Notes under the pieces: generated by a model
The model's database searches: none
Seen by the model: only the letters and a program-made list of their open reading frames with translations
What the model was told of the DNA's origin: nothing
Assembly (NCBI RefSeq): GCF_963921235.1
Contig: NC_086110.1
Location: 9,548,001 to 9,612,000, forward strand
Source: Mobula hypostoma
Lineage: Eukaryota
Reading direction: 5' to 3'
DNA: 64,000 nucleotides
Translations under genes and position numbers: made by a program
In this document: in pieces, positions 49,911 through 62,604 of the stretch
How positions within the stretch are numbered: the stretch's first letter is position 1
How the letters are laid out: each line of letters starts with the position of its first letter

Positions 49911-51104
49911 AACAGTTTATCAGACAGTTAATAGGCAAACTAAAATGAAAAACGCTGGAGCTCCTATCGTGTCTGTAATGGTGGGTTGTCCCGCTTCACT
50001 CACAACGCTGAATTCTCATCGCCAATCATAGAAAAAAGTTCTTTTCATGGACTCTTTCTCCTCGGGAAGCACTCCTTACATTAGGGTCTTCCCTTCGGAT
50101 CGGATCCTCCAGGCTTCCTCCCAGATCCTCTCCTTTCCGGATCTCCCGCCAAAAGACTACGAACTCGACCACTGTTGGTCACAAATCCTTCTCCACCCAG
50201 CTCTGTCTAGAACTTTCTCCCGAATCCACTTCCTTGATTGGCTGACACAACATTCTTAAGTTGAAGAATATGGCTCCTTATCTTTAGGATAAACGAAACA
50301 TTCTACCAGAAGAGCACATTGTTTTACAGAAAACTGCTAAAATGAAAGACTTCACGGTTTAGCAGTGGCAATAAGATGTTTGGCATGCGTGACCCTACCG
50401 AGAGCAAAAGCGTAAAACTCTGACTTCAGCCAACATAGCTCTGCGAGTCATTGAGACACACAAACCTCCAAAACCTCTGACAAGGTTGTAGTCTGCTTAG
50501 AGGACAGCCCATGTGGAATTTGCAACTTCTTCCTGTGACCGTCTAGTATTTCCTCTGAGTGATCCAGCTTTCTCCCACATCCCAAGGATGTGTGGGGTCG
50601 TAAGTTAATTAGCCACTGTTAATGCTCCTAGTAGGTAGGTGACAGGTAGGATCTAATGTTGATGAGGAGTTGATGGAAATCTGGGAGAAGAGAAAATGTA
50701 AAATGCAGGATTAGAATAAATATGTTTTGATTGTCAACGCACAGTCGATAGGCCAAATGGTCTAATTTTCTACTCTCTATGACTTGGCTGTGAGTCTTCC
50801 CACTAGTGGCCTGGCCAATATTATTTTTGAATTAACATAATTAAAGTAGATCAGTTATTGCAGTTAGTAGGGTTTTGCTCCACACAGTGTATAGCAGCAC
50901 TTCTCAATCTTTTTCTGCTGGAGGAACCCTTGAAATAATTTTCAAGTCTTAGGAAACCCCTGTATAAAAATTATTATACTTAAAGCTTATGGGTTGTTAC
51001 CATATCAGTAAGTTGCAGATATAATAATCCAGAAATAATTGTCAAATCTCTTTTGAGTAAAGAATAATTTTTAGCCAACCTTCCCTGAAAAGAAATAGGT
51101 AAAA

Positions 51105-54100
51105 ACATAGAAAACCTACAGCATAATACAGGCCCTTCAGCCCACAACGTTGTGCCGAACATGTCCCTAACTTAGCAATTACTAGGCCTACCATTTATCT
51201 AAACTCTATGTACCTATCCAAAAGTCTCTTAAAAGACCCTGTCGTATCTGCCTCCACCGCCGTTGCCGGCAGCCCATACCACGCACTCACCACTCTCTGG
51301 GTAAAAAACATACCCCTGACATCTCCTCTGTACCTACTCCCCAGCACCATAAACCTGTGTCCACTTCTGGCAACCATTTCAGCCCTAGGAAAGAGCCTCT
51401 GACTATCCACACCATCAAAGCCTCTCATCATATACACCTCTATCAGGTCACCTGTCATCTTCCGTCGCTCCAAGGAGAAAAGGCCGAGTACACGCAACCT
51501 GTTTTCATAAGGCATTCTCTCCAATCCAGGCAACTTCTTGTATTTCTCCTCTGCGCCCTTTCTACAGTTTCCACATCCTTCCAGTAGTGAGGCGACCAGA
51601 ACAGAGCACAGTACTCCAAGTAAGGCCGGACCAGAGTCCTATATAGCGGCAACATTACCTGTAGGCTCCTAAATCCACTTCCACAGTTGATGAAGACCAA
51701 TACACCGTTGACCTTCTTAACCACAGAGTCAACCTGCGCAGCTGCTTCAAGCGTCCAATGGACTCGGACCCCAAGATCCCTCTGATCCTCCACACTGCCA
51801 AGAGTCTTACCACTAATACTATATTCTGCCATCATAATTGATCCACCAAAATGCACCACTTCACACTTATCTGGGTTGAACTCTATCTACCACTTCTCAG
51901 CCCAGTTTTGCATTCTATCAATGTCCTACTGTAACCTCTGACAACCTTCAACACTATCCACAATACCTCCAACATTAGTGTCATCAGCAAACTTACTAAC
52001 CCATCCATCTACATCCTCATCGAGGTCATTTATAAAAATCACGAAGAGTAAGAGTCCCAGAACGGATCCCTGAGGCACAGCACTGTTCACCGACCTCCAT
52101 GCAGAATATGACCCGTCTACAATCACTCTTTCCCTTCTGTGAGCTAGCCAGTTCTGGATCCACAAAGCAAAGTCGCCTTGAATCCCATGCCTCCTTACTT
52201 TCTCAATAAGCCTTACAAGGGTTACCTTATCAAAAGACTTGCTGAAAACCATGTACACTGCATCTATTGCTCTTCCTTCATCAATGTCTTCAGTCACATC
52301 CTCAAAAAATTCAATCAGGCTCTTAAGGCACGAACTGCCCTTGAAATAGCCATGCTGACAATTCCTATTCATAATGTACCTCTATAAATGTTCATAAATC
52401 TTGCCTCTCAGGATCTTCTCCATCAATTTACCAACAACTGAAGAAAGTCTCACTGGTCTATAATTTCCTGGACTATCTCCAGATGCTTTCTTGAATAAAA
52501 GAGCAACATTCGCAACCCTACAATCTTCCGAACCTCACCCGTCCATATTGATGATGAAAGATCATCGCCGGAGGCTTAGCAATCTCGTCCCTCGCCTCCC
52601 ACAGTAGCCACCCGGCGACTTATCCAACTTGATGCTTTCCAAAAGCTCCAGCACATCCTCTTTCTTAATATCTATATGCTCGAGCTTTTCAGTTCGCTGC
52701 AAGTCATTACTACAATCACCAAGATCCTTTTCCATAGTGAATACTGAAGTAAAGTGTTCATTAAGTACCTCTGCTATTTCCTCCGGTTCCATACACACTT
52801 TCCCACTGTCACAATTGATAGGTCGTATTCTTTCACGACTTATACTCTTGCTCTTCACATATGCCTTGGGGGTTTCCTTAATCCTGCCCGCCAAGGCCCC
52901 TTCTGGCTCTCCTAATTTCCTTCTTAAGCTCCTTCCTTTTAGCCTTATAATCTTCTAGATATCTAACTTTACTTAGCTCCCTGAACCTTCCGTAAGCTTT
53001 TCTTTTCCTCTTGACTAGATTTACTACAACCTTTGCATACCATGGTTCCTGTACCCTACCATAACTTCCCTGTCTCATTGGAACGTACCCATGCAGAACT
53101 CCACACAAATATCCCCGAACATTTGCCACATGTCTTCCGTACTTTTCTCCGAGAACATCTGTTCCCAATTTAAGATTCAATTTCCTGCCTGATAGCCTCA
53201 TAATTCCCCTTACTCCAATTAAACGCTTTTTCAACTTGTCTGTTCCTATTTCTCTCCAATACTATTGTAAAGGAGATAGAATTATGAACACTGTCTCCAA
53301 GATGCTCTCCCACTGAGAGATCTGACACCTGACCAGGTTCATTTCCCAATACCGAATCAGGTACAGTCTCTCCTCTCGTAGGCTTATCTACACATTGTGT
53401 CAAAGAACCTTCCTGAACATACCTAACAAACTCCACCCCGTCTAAACCCCTAGCTCTACGGAAATTCCAATCGATATTTGGGAAATTAAAATCTCCCATC
53501 ACGAGAACTCTGTTATTATTACACCTTTCCAGGACCTGTTTCCCTATCTGCTCCTCGGTATTCCCGTTACTATTGGGCGGCCTATAAAAAACACCCTGTA
53601 AAGTTTTGACCCCTTCCTGTTCCTAACCTCCACCCACAGAGATTATCTGTCCATGGCGTCCACCTGTCCTGCAGCCGTGACACTATCTCTATTCAACAGT
53701 GCCACGTCCCTCCTCATGTGCCTCCCTACCCGTCCTTTCTGAAACATCTAAAACCCGGCACTTGAAGTAACCATTCCTGTCCCTGAGCCATCCAAGTCCC
53801 TGTAATGGCCACCACATCGTAGCTCCAAGTACTGATCCACGCTCTAAGCTCATCCGCTTTGTTCACAATACTCCTTGCGTTAAAGTAGACACATCTCAAA
53901 CCGTCAGTCTGAGTGCGTCCCTTCTCTATCACCTGCCTATCCTCGCTAACACACTGTCTCCAAGATTTTTCTATTTATGAGCAAACCGCCTCTTCCCCAG
54001 TCTCTCCAGTTCGGTTCCCACCCCAGAACAATTCTAGTTTCAACTCTCCTCAGTAGCCTTAGCAAACCTCCCCGCCAGGATATTGGTCCCCCTGGGGTTA

Positions 54101-54530
54101 AAGTGCAACCCGTGCTTTTTGTACAGGTCACACCTGCCCGAAAAGAGGTCCCAATGATCGAGAAATCTGAATCCCTGCTCCCGCTCCAAACCCTCAGCCA
54201 CGCATTTATCCTCCACCTATTCCTATAGTCACTGTCGCGTGGCACAGGAAGTACTCCCGAGATTACTACCTTTGCGGTCCTGCTTCTCAACTTCCTTCCT
54301 AACTCCCTGTAGTCTTTTTTTCAGGAGGTCTTCCCTTTTCGTACTTGTGTCATTGGTACCAATATGTACCACGACCTCTGGCTGTTCTCCCTCCCACTGC
54401 AGGGTATCTTGGACACGATCTGAAACATCCCGGACGCTGGCACCTGGGAGGCAAACTACCATCCGAGTTTTTTTCCTGCATCCAGAGAATCGACTCTCTA
54501 ATCCCCTAACTATAGAATCCCCTATCACTT
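51105..54530 (-). mobile_element. CR1 LINE with internal deletions (ORF1 esterase to tail)
   Basis: IGDSIV, CVYFNARS, MGDFNFP and KFADDT motifs; tail at 51105. Confidence 0.9.
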
Positions 54531-54906
54531 TGATCGTTAAGTTTAACTTAACTTCCTTAAAATTAATTTCTTAATCTGTTAATCATAAATTTTAATAACT
54601 CATGGAGATGTCAGGGGTAAGTTTTTTCTTCGGGAGATGTCAAGGATAAGTTTTTTACGCAGAGTGTGCGTGGAATGGGCTGTCGGCAACGGTGGTGGAG
54701 GCGGATATGATAGGGACTTTTACGAGACGCCTGGACAGGTACATGAAGCTCAGAAAAATAAAGGGCTATGGGTAACCCTAAGTTAAGGGCATGTTTGGCA
54801 CAGCTCTGTGGGCCGAAGCGCCTGTATGCGCTGTAGGTTTTCTATGTTTCTATGTTTCATAAGGCAAACGTAATAAATTTCTGTTAAGTAACTGGCTTAA
54901 GTTAAA

Positions 54907-55132
54907 GCAGCACACATCAAAGTTGCTGGTGAACGCAGCAGGCCAGGCAGCATCTATAGGAAGAGGCGCAGTCGACGTTTCAGGCCGAGACCCTTCGTCA
55001 GGACTGACGAAGGGTCTCGGCCTGAAACGTCGACTGCGCCTCTTCCTATAGATGCTGCCTGGCCTGCTGCGTTCACCAGCAACTTTGATGTGTGTTGCTT
55101 GAATTTCCAGCATCTGCAGAATTCCTGTTGTT
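54907..55132 (+). mobile_element. Penelope-derived short insertion with 5' inversion (perfect 91-bp inverted repeat)
   Basis: Arms 54911-55001 and 55004-55094 are exact reverse complements; 14-bp TSD TGGCTTAAGTTAAA at 54893-54906 and 55133-55146; homologous to the 22731 element end. Confidence 0.9.
54969..55006 (-). ncRNA. Minimal type I hammerhead ribozyme motif
   Basis: cagtc-CTGACGA-agg(gtctcgg)cct-GAAAC-GTC^gactg: intact core, 5-bp stem I, 3-bp stem II and palindromic loopless stem III (ACGT). Confidence 0.75.
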
Positions 55133-56909
55133 TGGCTTAAGTTAAAATTGGATTTAATTTTTCTAAAGGTAGTTCTAGTAGATTTTATTTAAATAAAGGT
55201 TTTTAATTGATTTTAATGAATCCTATTCACAGCATGAAAATTTATTGACAATGTTGAATAGTAACATTACTAAAAATCATAAGCCAATGCAATATAAATA
55301 AAAAATATAGCCTCAGGTACAATTTTATACAAGAGTTTGAAAGTACCAATATCAGGCTTATTGTTTTTTCCCCTTCTCAGATACTCAATTCTGGGTCGAA
55401 CTTGAGATCAGCGCACGGATTTCACCTTTAACTGAAATGAAATTATCTCTATCCTTGCTTCTGATGCTTGTTAAACTTGGACAATCTTGCTGGCATATGT
55501 AAGAAGTTGAAAAGTGCAGCAAAATTCGCATTGATTTCCTGTGAATGGCAGTATACTGTTCTTTCACAGAAATCCAGAACTGATCCAGGGACAGGTCAAT
55601 AAATCTCATCTTGAGTGCACGAAAGGTAGCTTAAAAGGTTCTTCCTCTTCTCTCAAAGGTAAGTTCTCAGATTCAGCATAAGATTTCGAGAAAGGGTCTT
55701 TCACCAATGGGGTACCATCAGTACAGATGCCAACACAGTTCCTCCATGATAGACCTTTTGTTTCCAGACATGAAGAAAAAAAATTAATTTATCTTGATAT
55801 TTACTTCTTTCGGACAGCTTTATGCAACACAAAAGTTTTCTTGAATTTCACCATGATTTACAAGTCTTACAAATACCACACATGGCATTTATTGCTTAAA
55901 TCTATTGGCTCATCAACCCAGATGGAGAAGCTGTTTTTTCAGTCTGTCACACAAGACAACTTCAATATCTTGTGGTATTTCATCAATACGTCGACTTATC
56001 GTACTTGAGAGTGAAACCTTTTCCAATTTCTCATACTGCATTTTGACCACCATAATTTTACATGCTAGCATTATTGGGTTCTCACCAACTGTGTTACTTT
56101 AACTGTTCTGGGTAATAAGCTCTGCGACTAAATAACATTTACAACACCAGGGAAGCGGCAGGCCAACAGTTGAGTCCTGGCGCGTAAAAATTACTTCTTT
56201 AGAATGAATATTTTCCTCCAATTTTCTACTGCACCGGTTGAGTTTTTTCGCTCCCTAAATCAGTCGGCGGCGCATAAGTGGAAGTTGGGGGAGGTAATCC
56301 GGGAAGAAAGGGTTTACATCACACCTTAAATGGGGCGAGTCTATCCAATGCTCAGGAGAACGCACTTCACCCTCCTCATCAACCTAACGTCCTCCCCTCC
56401 GAGCTCACCAATTATCAACGGCTCCCCTATCTCGCATCAAACACGAAAAATGGACTCAATTAAATAAACACGCTATACCATATTGGGCTGAGAGGCCTCT
56501 CCGGAGATTGCCCTTGGGGCTGCTCAGCCACTGTCCATCACTGCGAACGCTCGCATCATGCGTCGCGTGAAGATCGGATAACAATGTTTTTTTTTCTTAA
56601 TCACGACCTGTCGCAGAACTGCGGAGCCCCGGTTGAGAACTCCTGGTCTAAAGGTTCGTGCATTTCTTATATTTCAAATTCCACTCTATATCAAAGTTCT
56701 GAGTAGACATATGTACAAATGTAGCATCCATCTTTCTGTAGCTTCCTGTAGGATTAAGACCCATTTTCAAACTCACTGTGATTCATTGTCCCCGAGAACT
56801 ACTTGACTTTAACGGCCCCAGGCTAAGGGTAGAACATCGGCAGAACGTTGACTAACTTACAATGATTTGGAAGTAATATTGAAGGACACGTGGTTAGCAA
56901 CATCAGCAT

Positions 56910-57370
56910 ATAACCATGTAACCAGATGACAATTGCAGCACAGAAACAGGCCATCTCGGCCCATCTAGTCCGTGCCGAAATCTTACTCTCACCTAGTCCC
57001 ACCGATCTGCACTCAGCCCATAACCCTCCATTCCTTTCCTGTCCATATATCTATCCAATTTAACTTTAAACGACAACATCGAACCTGCCTCAACCACTTC
57101 TGCTGGAAGCTCGTTCCACACAGCCACCACTCTCTGAGTAAAGAAGTTCTCCCTCATGTTACTCCTAAACTTTTGTCCTTTACCTCTCAACTCATTTCCT
57201 CTTGTTCGAATCTCCCCCACTCTCAATGGAAAAAACCTATCCACGACAACTCTATCAATCCCCCTCATAATTTTAAACACCTCTATCAAGTCCCCCCTCA
57301 ACCTTCTATGCTCCAAAGAATAAAGACCTAATCTGTTCAACCTTTCTCTGTAACTTATGGTTATATGGTT
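56910..57370 (-). mobile_element. CR1 LINE 3' end
   Basis: FFTQRVVAVWNELP (56993..57340); AACCATAT-type repeats at both ends. Confidence 0.85.
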
Positions 57371-57479
57371 ATCAGCAACATCTTAATTGTTGCAAGAAAA
57401 ATCTTATGATTTAGTAGACAAGTCCTTTGGTTAATATTTCCCACCTAGAAACTTCTTACAATTTTCAACTAGAAGATTT

Positions 57480-58700
57480 GCTTCTGCGTGATAGTTGCGG
57501 TGGCTCTAGGGCACTCGACAGTTAGGGGTACGGTAAGGATATTTTGTGGCCTCAAAAGAGACACAAGGATGGTCTGTTCCCTCCCGGGTTCTTGGGTCAA
57601 TGATGTATTGGAGCGGCTGCTGTATATTCTCAAGGGGGAGGGGGAACAGCCAGATGCCGTGGTGTTTAAAGGCAGAGAAGAGAGGGGATGTGAGGTCCTA
57701 CTCAATGAGATATAGAGTTAATACAGAGGTCGAAGAGAATGTCCTCCAAAGTTGTAATCTCCGGATTACTCTTTGTGCCACGGGCTTCTGCAAGTAGGAA
57801 AGTGTTGATAACTTGGATGAATGAGTGGCTGCCGAGATGGTGCAGGGGGCAGGATTTCAAGTTCTAGGGTCGTTGAAATCTTTTCTGGGGAAGAGATGAC
57901 CTGTAGTAGAGGGTCGGGTCGGGTTGCACCTGATTTGGAACGGAATAAATCTCCTGGCCGGGGATTTGAAAGCAGAGCCCCAGGTCAGTAAGAGAAAGCT
58001 CTGAACAGAAGGTAGGTGTCAGCGAAAGTATTGAAAGGCAAAAGTGAAATAATAGTTATGATTAGTCGGATAGTTAGAAGTGTGTATATTTTAATGCTTG
58101 GAGTATTATGGGTAAGTATTGGAGTCTTATACCGGTAAACTTAGAAGATGGACCTCCGATGTTGTTGTCATTACTGAAACTTGGTTGAGAGAGGGGCAAG
58201 AATGGGTGACTAACCCACCAGGTTTTCGAAGTTTTAGAAAAGATAGAGGAGGAGTTCAAAGAGCGCGAGTTGGGGGGCGTTGCATTACTAATCAGGGACA
58301 ATAAAACAACTACACTCATGGGAAGCCCAATGGAAGGGTGGTCAGATATTGAGTCCAATGGGTGCAATTCATGAATAGGAGGGTGCAATCACACTGATGG
58401 GATTGTACTACAGATCTCATAATAGCCACTGGACCATTGAGGAGCAGATATGCAATCAGATTAAGGAAACTTGTAAAAATAATAGCGTTGTTGTCATGGG
58501 GGATTTCAAGTTCCCTCATGTAAACTGGGAGGTTTAGATGGGGTTGAATTTTGTTACGTGTATCCAGAAAAGCTTCTTAAATCAATATGTAGACGGTCCA
58601 ACGAAAAGAGTGGTGTTCGATAATGAGATTGGCCAGATTACAGACCATTCAGTGGGTCAATAGGAAAGGCACAATTAAAATAACTCCTTAACTTTCAGGG
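57480..58700 (+). mobile_element. Degenerate CR1 ORF1/endonuclease fragments
   Basis: ALGHSTV, VVVITETWL and MGDFKFP-like motifs. Confidence 0.72.
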
Positions 58701-58707
58701 TAGCTAT

Positions 58708-59990
58708 TGTCACAATGGCGGGGGCTTTGGGAGCAAGGGTGGACCCAAATGCAAGACACATCTTGTGAGGTTAATTAAAATTTAGTTTATTGTTCGATAC
58801 CAGGAGAGCAAAGCAGAAGCAGGAATAGCGAACAGGGTAAGGACTCGGGACTACGACTAGGCTGGGACCAAGGGTCTGGGCTTGGACTCAGAATCGGCTC
58901 CCAGAACTAGAGGAGACATGAAGAGGCTAGGGTATGGACTCCGAGCCAGAGAATGGGCAAGGCCCCAGTACCTGGGTCTTGCCTCGGGCTCGGACCCCAG
59001 AACCAGGCATGGACATGACATGGGCTAGGGAGAGGAGGAACATGGAAAACAGGTCTCGGGAGAGCCATGGACACATACACAGAACACAAACGGAACCATG
59101 GCCACATACACAGAACACAAAGTCGGGACCCCTCCTTCGGTACAGGACATAGGGCCGGGACTCATGACCCTTCGCAGGGCAATGGCAAGACGGCCTGACT
59201 TAGCACACGGAGGTGAGGACAAGACAAGACAAGACATGACCCCCCGCGGGGCAACGGCAAGACGGCCTGACTTACCCCACGGAGGCGAGGACAAGACAAG
59301 ACCAACACGAAAGCACACCAGACAGTACCTATCTAGCTCCGGCGATAGAACTGGACCGAAGTGCAGGCGAGGGCTGCAGACGAGGGCGAGAGGCGAGAGG
59401 GGCAGAGAACGGATACAGACAGGGGGGTAGGACAGGAATCACAGACTGCCAGGGTCAGGACTTGACTCGGAACTGGGAAGCCGCCAGGGCCGGGACTTGT
59501 CTCGGTACTTGAATGCCGCGAGTGCCAGGACTTGACTCGGTACTTGAATGCCGCCAGGGCCAGGACCAGGACTTGACCTGATACTTGAATGCCGCCAGGG
59601 ATGGGACTTGACTTGGTACTTCAATGCCGCCAGGGCCAGGACAGGACTTGCTACTTGAATGCCGCCAGAGCCAGGACTTGACTTGGTACTTGAATGCCCC
59701 CGGAGCCAGGACTTGACTTGGTACTTGAATGCCCCCGCAGCCAGGACTTGACTTGGTACTTGAATGCCTCCGGTGACAGGACTTGACTCGGTACTTGAAT
59801 GCGGCCAGGACAAGGACTTGACTTGGTACTTGAATGCCGCCAGGACCAGGACTTGACTTGGTACTTGAATGCCGCCAGGGCCAGGACTTGACTTGGTATT
59901 TGAATACCGCCAGGACCAGGACTTGACTTGGTACTTGACTGCCCCCGGAGCCAGGACTTGACTTGGTACTTGAAAGCCCCCGGAGCCTGA
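58708..59990 (-). mobile_element. Truncated LTR of the same family as 17394-18564
   Basis: Shared tgtcacaatgg...ggacccaaatgcaag start and shared cggcctgacttaccccacggaggcgaggacaaga blocks; minus-strand AATAAA near 58790; no matching far terminus found. Confidence 0.7.
59448..59988. repeat. Minisatellite, about 15 copies of a 35-bp unit (ccaggacttgacttggtacttgaatgcc...)
   Basis: The ggacttg core recurs at about 35-bp spacing. Confidence 0.92.
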
Positions 59991-60149
59991 CCAAGGTTAT
60001 AGCTGTAACCGTACCTCATGGCTCTTGAACTTAATCCCATGGTTAATGAATGCCAACGCGCCTTATGGTTTCTTAACAACACTGTCAACCTGCGCAGCAA
60101 CTTTGAGTGTCCAATGGACACTGACTACAAGATTTCTCAGATCCTCCAC

Positions 60150-62440
60150 ACTATTATGCAAATCTTCGGAAGTTGGAATCAAATAAAGCACACGAGGAGT
60201 TTAAAGAAGCCTGAAAAGAACTAAAGAAAGGAAATAGAAAGGCTAGGATGGGCCATGAAAAGTAACTTGCAAGTAGAATTAAGGTGAATCCCAAGACATT
60301 GTATACACACCTCAAGAGCAAAAGGATAACGAGGGTGAGGTAGAAATGGGGGAATATTTGCTTGGACGCAGAGAATGTCAGTGAGGTACTTAAAGAGAAC
60401 TGTGCTTCAGTATTTACCAAAGAAAAGGATATTGAACTCCAGGCGGTCAATACTGACTGTATAAATACCTTAGTGGTTTAGAGGTCAAGGAGGAGAAGGT
60501 GTTAGGCATGCTAATGAATATTAAGGTAAATAAGTCCCCAGGGCCCGATAGGACTTACCACAGGTTATTGAAGTAGGCAAGAGGTGAGATCGCTGAGTCT
60601 TTGACCAGTATCTTGGTGGCTTCTCTAACCATAGACGAGGTCCCAGAGGACTGACTAGTGGCTAGTGTTGTACCTCCATTTAAGAAGGGAAAAAGGGAAA
60701 ATTCTAGGAACTATAGACCGGTGAATGTCATGTCAGTAGTAGGGAAATTGCTGGAGAAAATTCTTAGCGGCAAGAAGCGTGAATATTTTGAAACCTATGC
60801 CCTGATTAGGAAGAGGCTTTGTACGTGTTAGGTCGGGCCTTACCAACTTGATTGAGTTTTTGACAAGGTGACGAGCGAGATTGATGTCGGTAGGGGAGTG
60901 GAGATAGTCTACATGGATTTCAGTACTGAGATTTTAGTAATGTGTTTGACAAACTCCCACATGATAGCCTAATTTAGAAAATCAAGATACACGCGGTCCG
61001 AGCCGAATTAGCTGTTTGGCTTCAGAACTGGCTTACACACGGGAGACAGAGTGTGTTGTTTGAAGAGGCTTATTCGAGCTGAACGTCTGTAATTAGTGGA
61101 GTTTCGCAGGGAACTGTACTGGGACCTCTGCTGTTTGTAATGTATATAAATTACCTGCATGAAAATGTAGATGATGGCTTAATAATATTGCGGATTATAC
61201 CAATATTGGAGGAGTTGTAGGTTGTGTAGAAGACTGCAACTAATACAGCGCAATATAGATCAGTTGCAGATGTGTGCAGATAGAGTTTAACGCAGATAAA
61301 TGTGAGTTGCTGCACCGCGTTGGGACAAATGCAAGAGACAGTACACTGTTAAGGGTAAGATCCTTGATAGTGTTGCTGACCAAAACGATCTCTGGATGCA
61401 AGTTCGTAGCTCATTGAAAGTGGCTATACAGGTCGATAAGATGGTTACGAAGCTTTATGGAATGCTTGCTTTTATTAGTCGAGGCACTGAGTTCGAAAGG
61501 CAGGTGGTTATGTCGCAAATACTATATAAAATCTGTTTAGGCCACTTCAGGAGTATTGCATACAGTTCTGGTCGGTCCACTATAGCAAAGGTTGAGGCAC
61601 TGGATAGAGTGCTGAAAAGGTTTACTAGAATGCTGCCTGGTTTAGAGGGTATGTGCTATCACGAGAGGCCTGATAAACTTGATATGTTTTCTCTGGAGTG
61701 CCTGATGCTGAGGAGAAAACTAATAGAGGTTCACAAGTTTATGAAAGACTAGATGGCGTGGACAGATTATCTCTTTCCAGTGGTTGAAATGTCTAATGCC
61801 AGAGGGCATACATGAAGCTGGAAGGTGGTAAGTTGACGGGTGATATGAGGGCGAAGTGTTTATTTTTTTACTCAGAGCGTGGTGGATGCTTGGAATGCGC
61901 TGTCTGGTAGAGCCAACTATATTAGATGTTTTTAAGAAATATTTGGATAGGCACATGCATGTAAGGAAGACAGAGAGATATAGACATGATGTAGGGATTG
62001 GTGTTTAGCAGTATTTGATTTGCTTTTTAGCTGGTTCAGCATAACAGTGTGGACCAAATGGCCTGTTTTTGTGTTATACTGTTTGATGTTATATGATTTC
62101 GAATGTTGAAAGGCATGGACAGAGTGGATGTGGCAAAGTTGTTTCCCATGATGGGGGTGTCTAGTACCAGAGGGCATGACTTGCGAAGAAATTATTTCAG
62201 TCAGAGGGTGGTGACTCTATAGAATTTGCTGCCACGGGCAGCAGTGGAGGCCAAATCATTCGGTGTATTTAAAGCAGAGATTTATCTGAGTAGCCAGGGC
62301 ATCAGAGGTTATGGTGAGAAGGCGGGGGAGTGGGGCTAAATGGGAGAATGGATCAGCTCATGATAAAATGGAGAAGCAGACTCGATGGGCCGAATGGTCG
62401 ACTTCTCCTCCTTTGTCTTATGGTCTTATGGTCTATTCTA
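60150..62440 (+). mobile_element. Degenerate CR1 ORF2 fragments with tails
   Basis: KSPGP-like, GTVLGPLLF-like and RFTRMLPGL motifs; (TCTTATGG)n tail at about 62420. Confidence 0.8.
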
Positions 62441-62604
62441 TATATTCGAACCTGGCCAGGGAGAGACCGTGATCAACAGCTCTGATCAAGGCAGAAGAGG
62501 GCTGAAACCGGCAGGCACGTAAGGGGACGTGGAAGCTCATAATTTTTACTAAAAAAATTTCCCTGTCCCCTAAAACCCTCACTAATTTTTAAAGATACAC
62601 CGTA

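Larger units (their letters stand above)
50895..56645 (-). mobile_element. Ancient hAT (Buster/Charlie-type) transposon remnant hosting nested LINE and Penelope insertions
   Basis: Transposase pieces at 55380-56100 (HTVGEN, STISRRIDE, FWISVKEQY...LLHFSTSYIC); TIR-like ends cagcacttctcaatc and ccggttgagaactcctg; imperfect TSD gtgtatag/gtctaaag (6/8). Confidence 0.6.

Noticed and set aside
55385-55609. Possible domesticated ZBED/SCAND-type gene
   Set aside because: The transposase homology is fragmented by stops, frameshifts and deletion, consistent with a dead transposon.
59448-59988. CRISPR-like regular 35-bp periodicity
   Set aside because: The units are contiguous with no unique spacers, in a vertebrate LTR context; this is a minisatellite.
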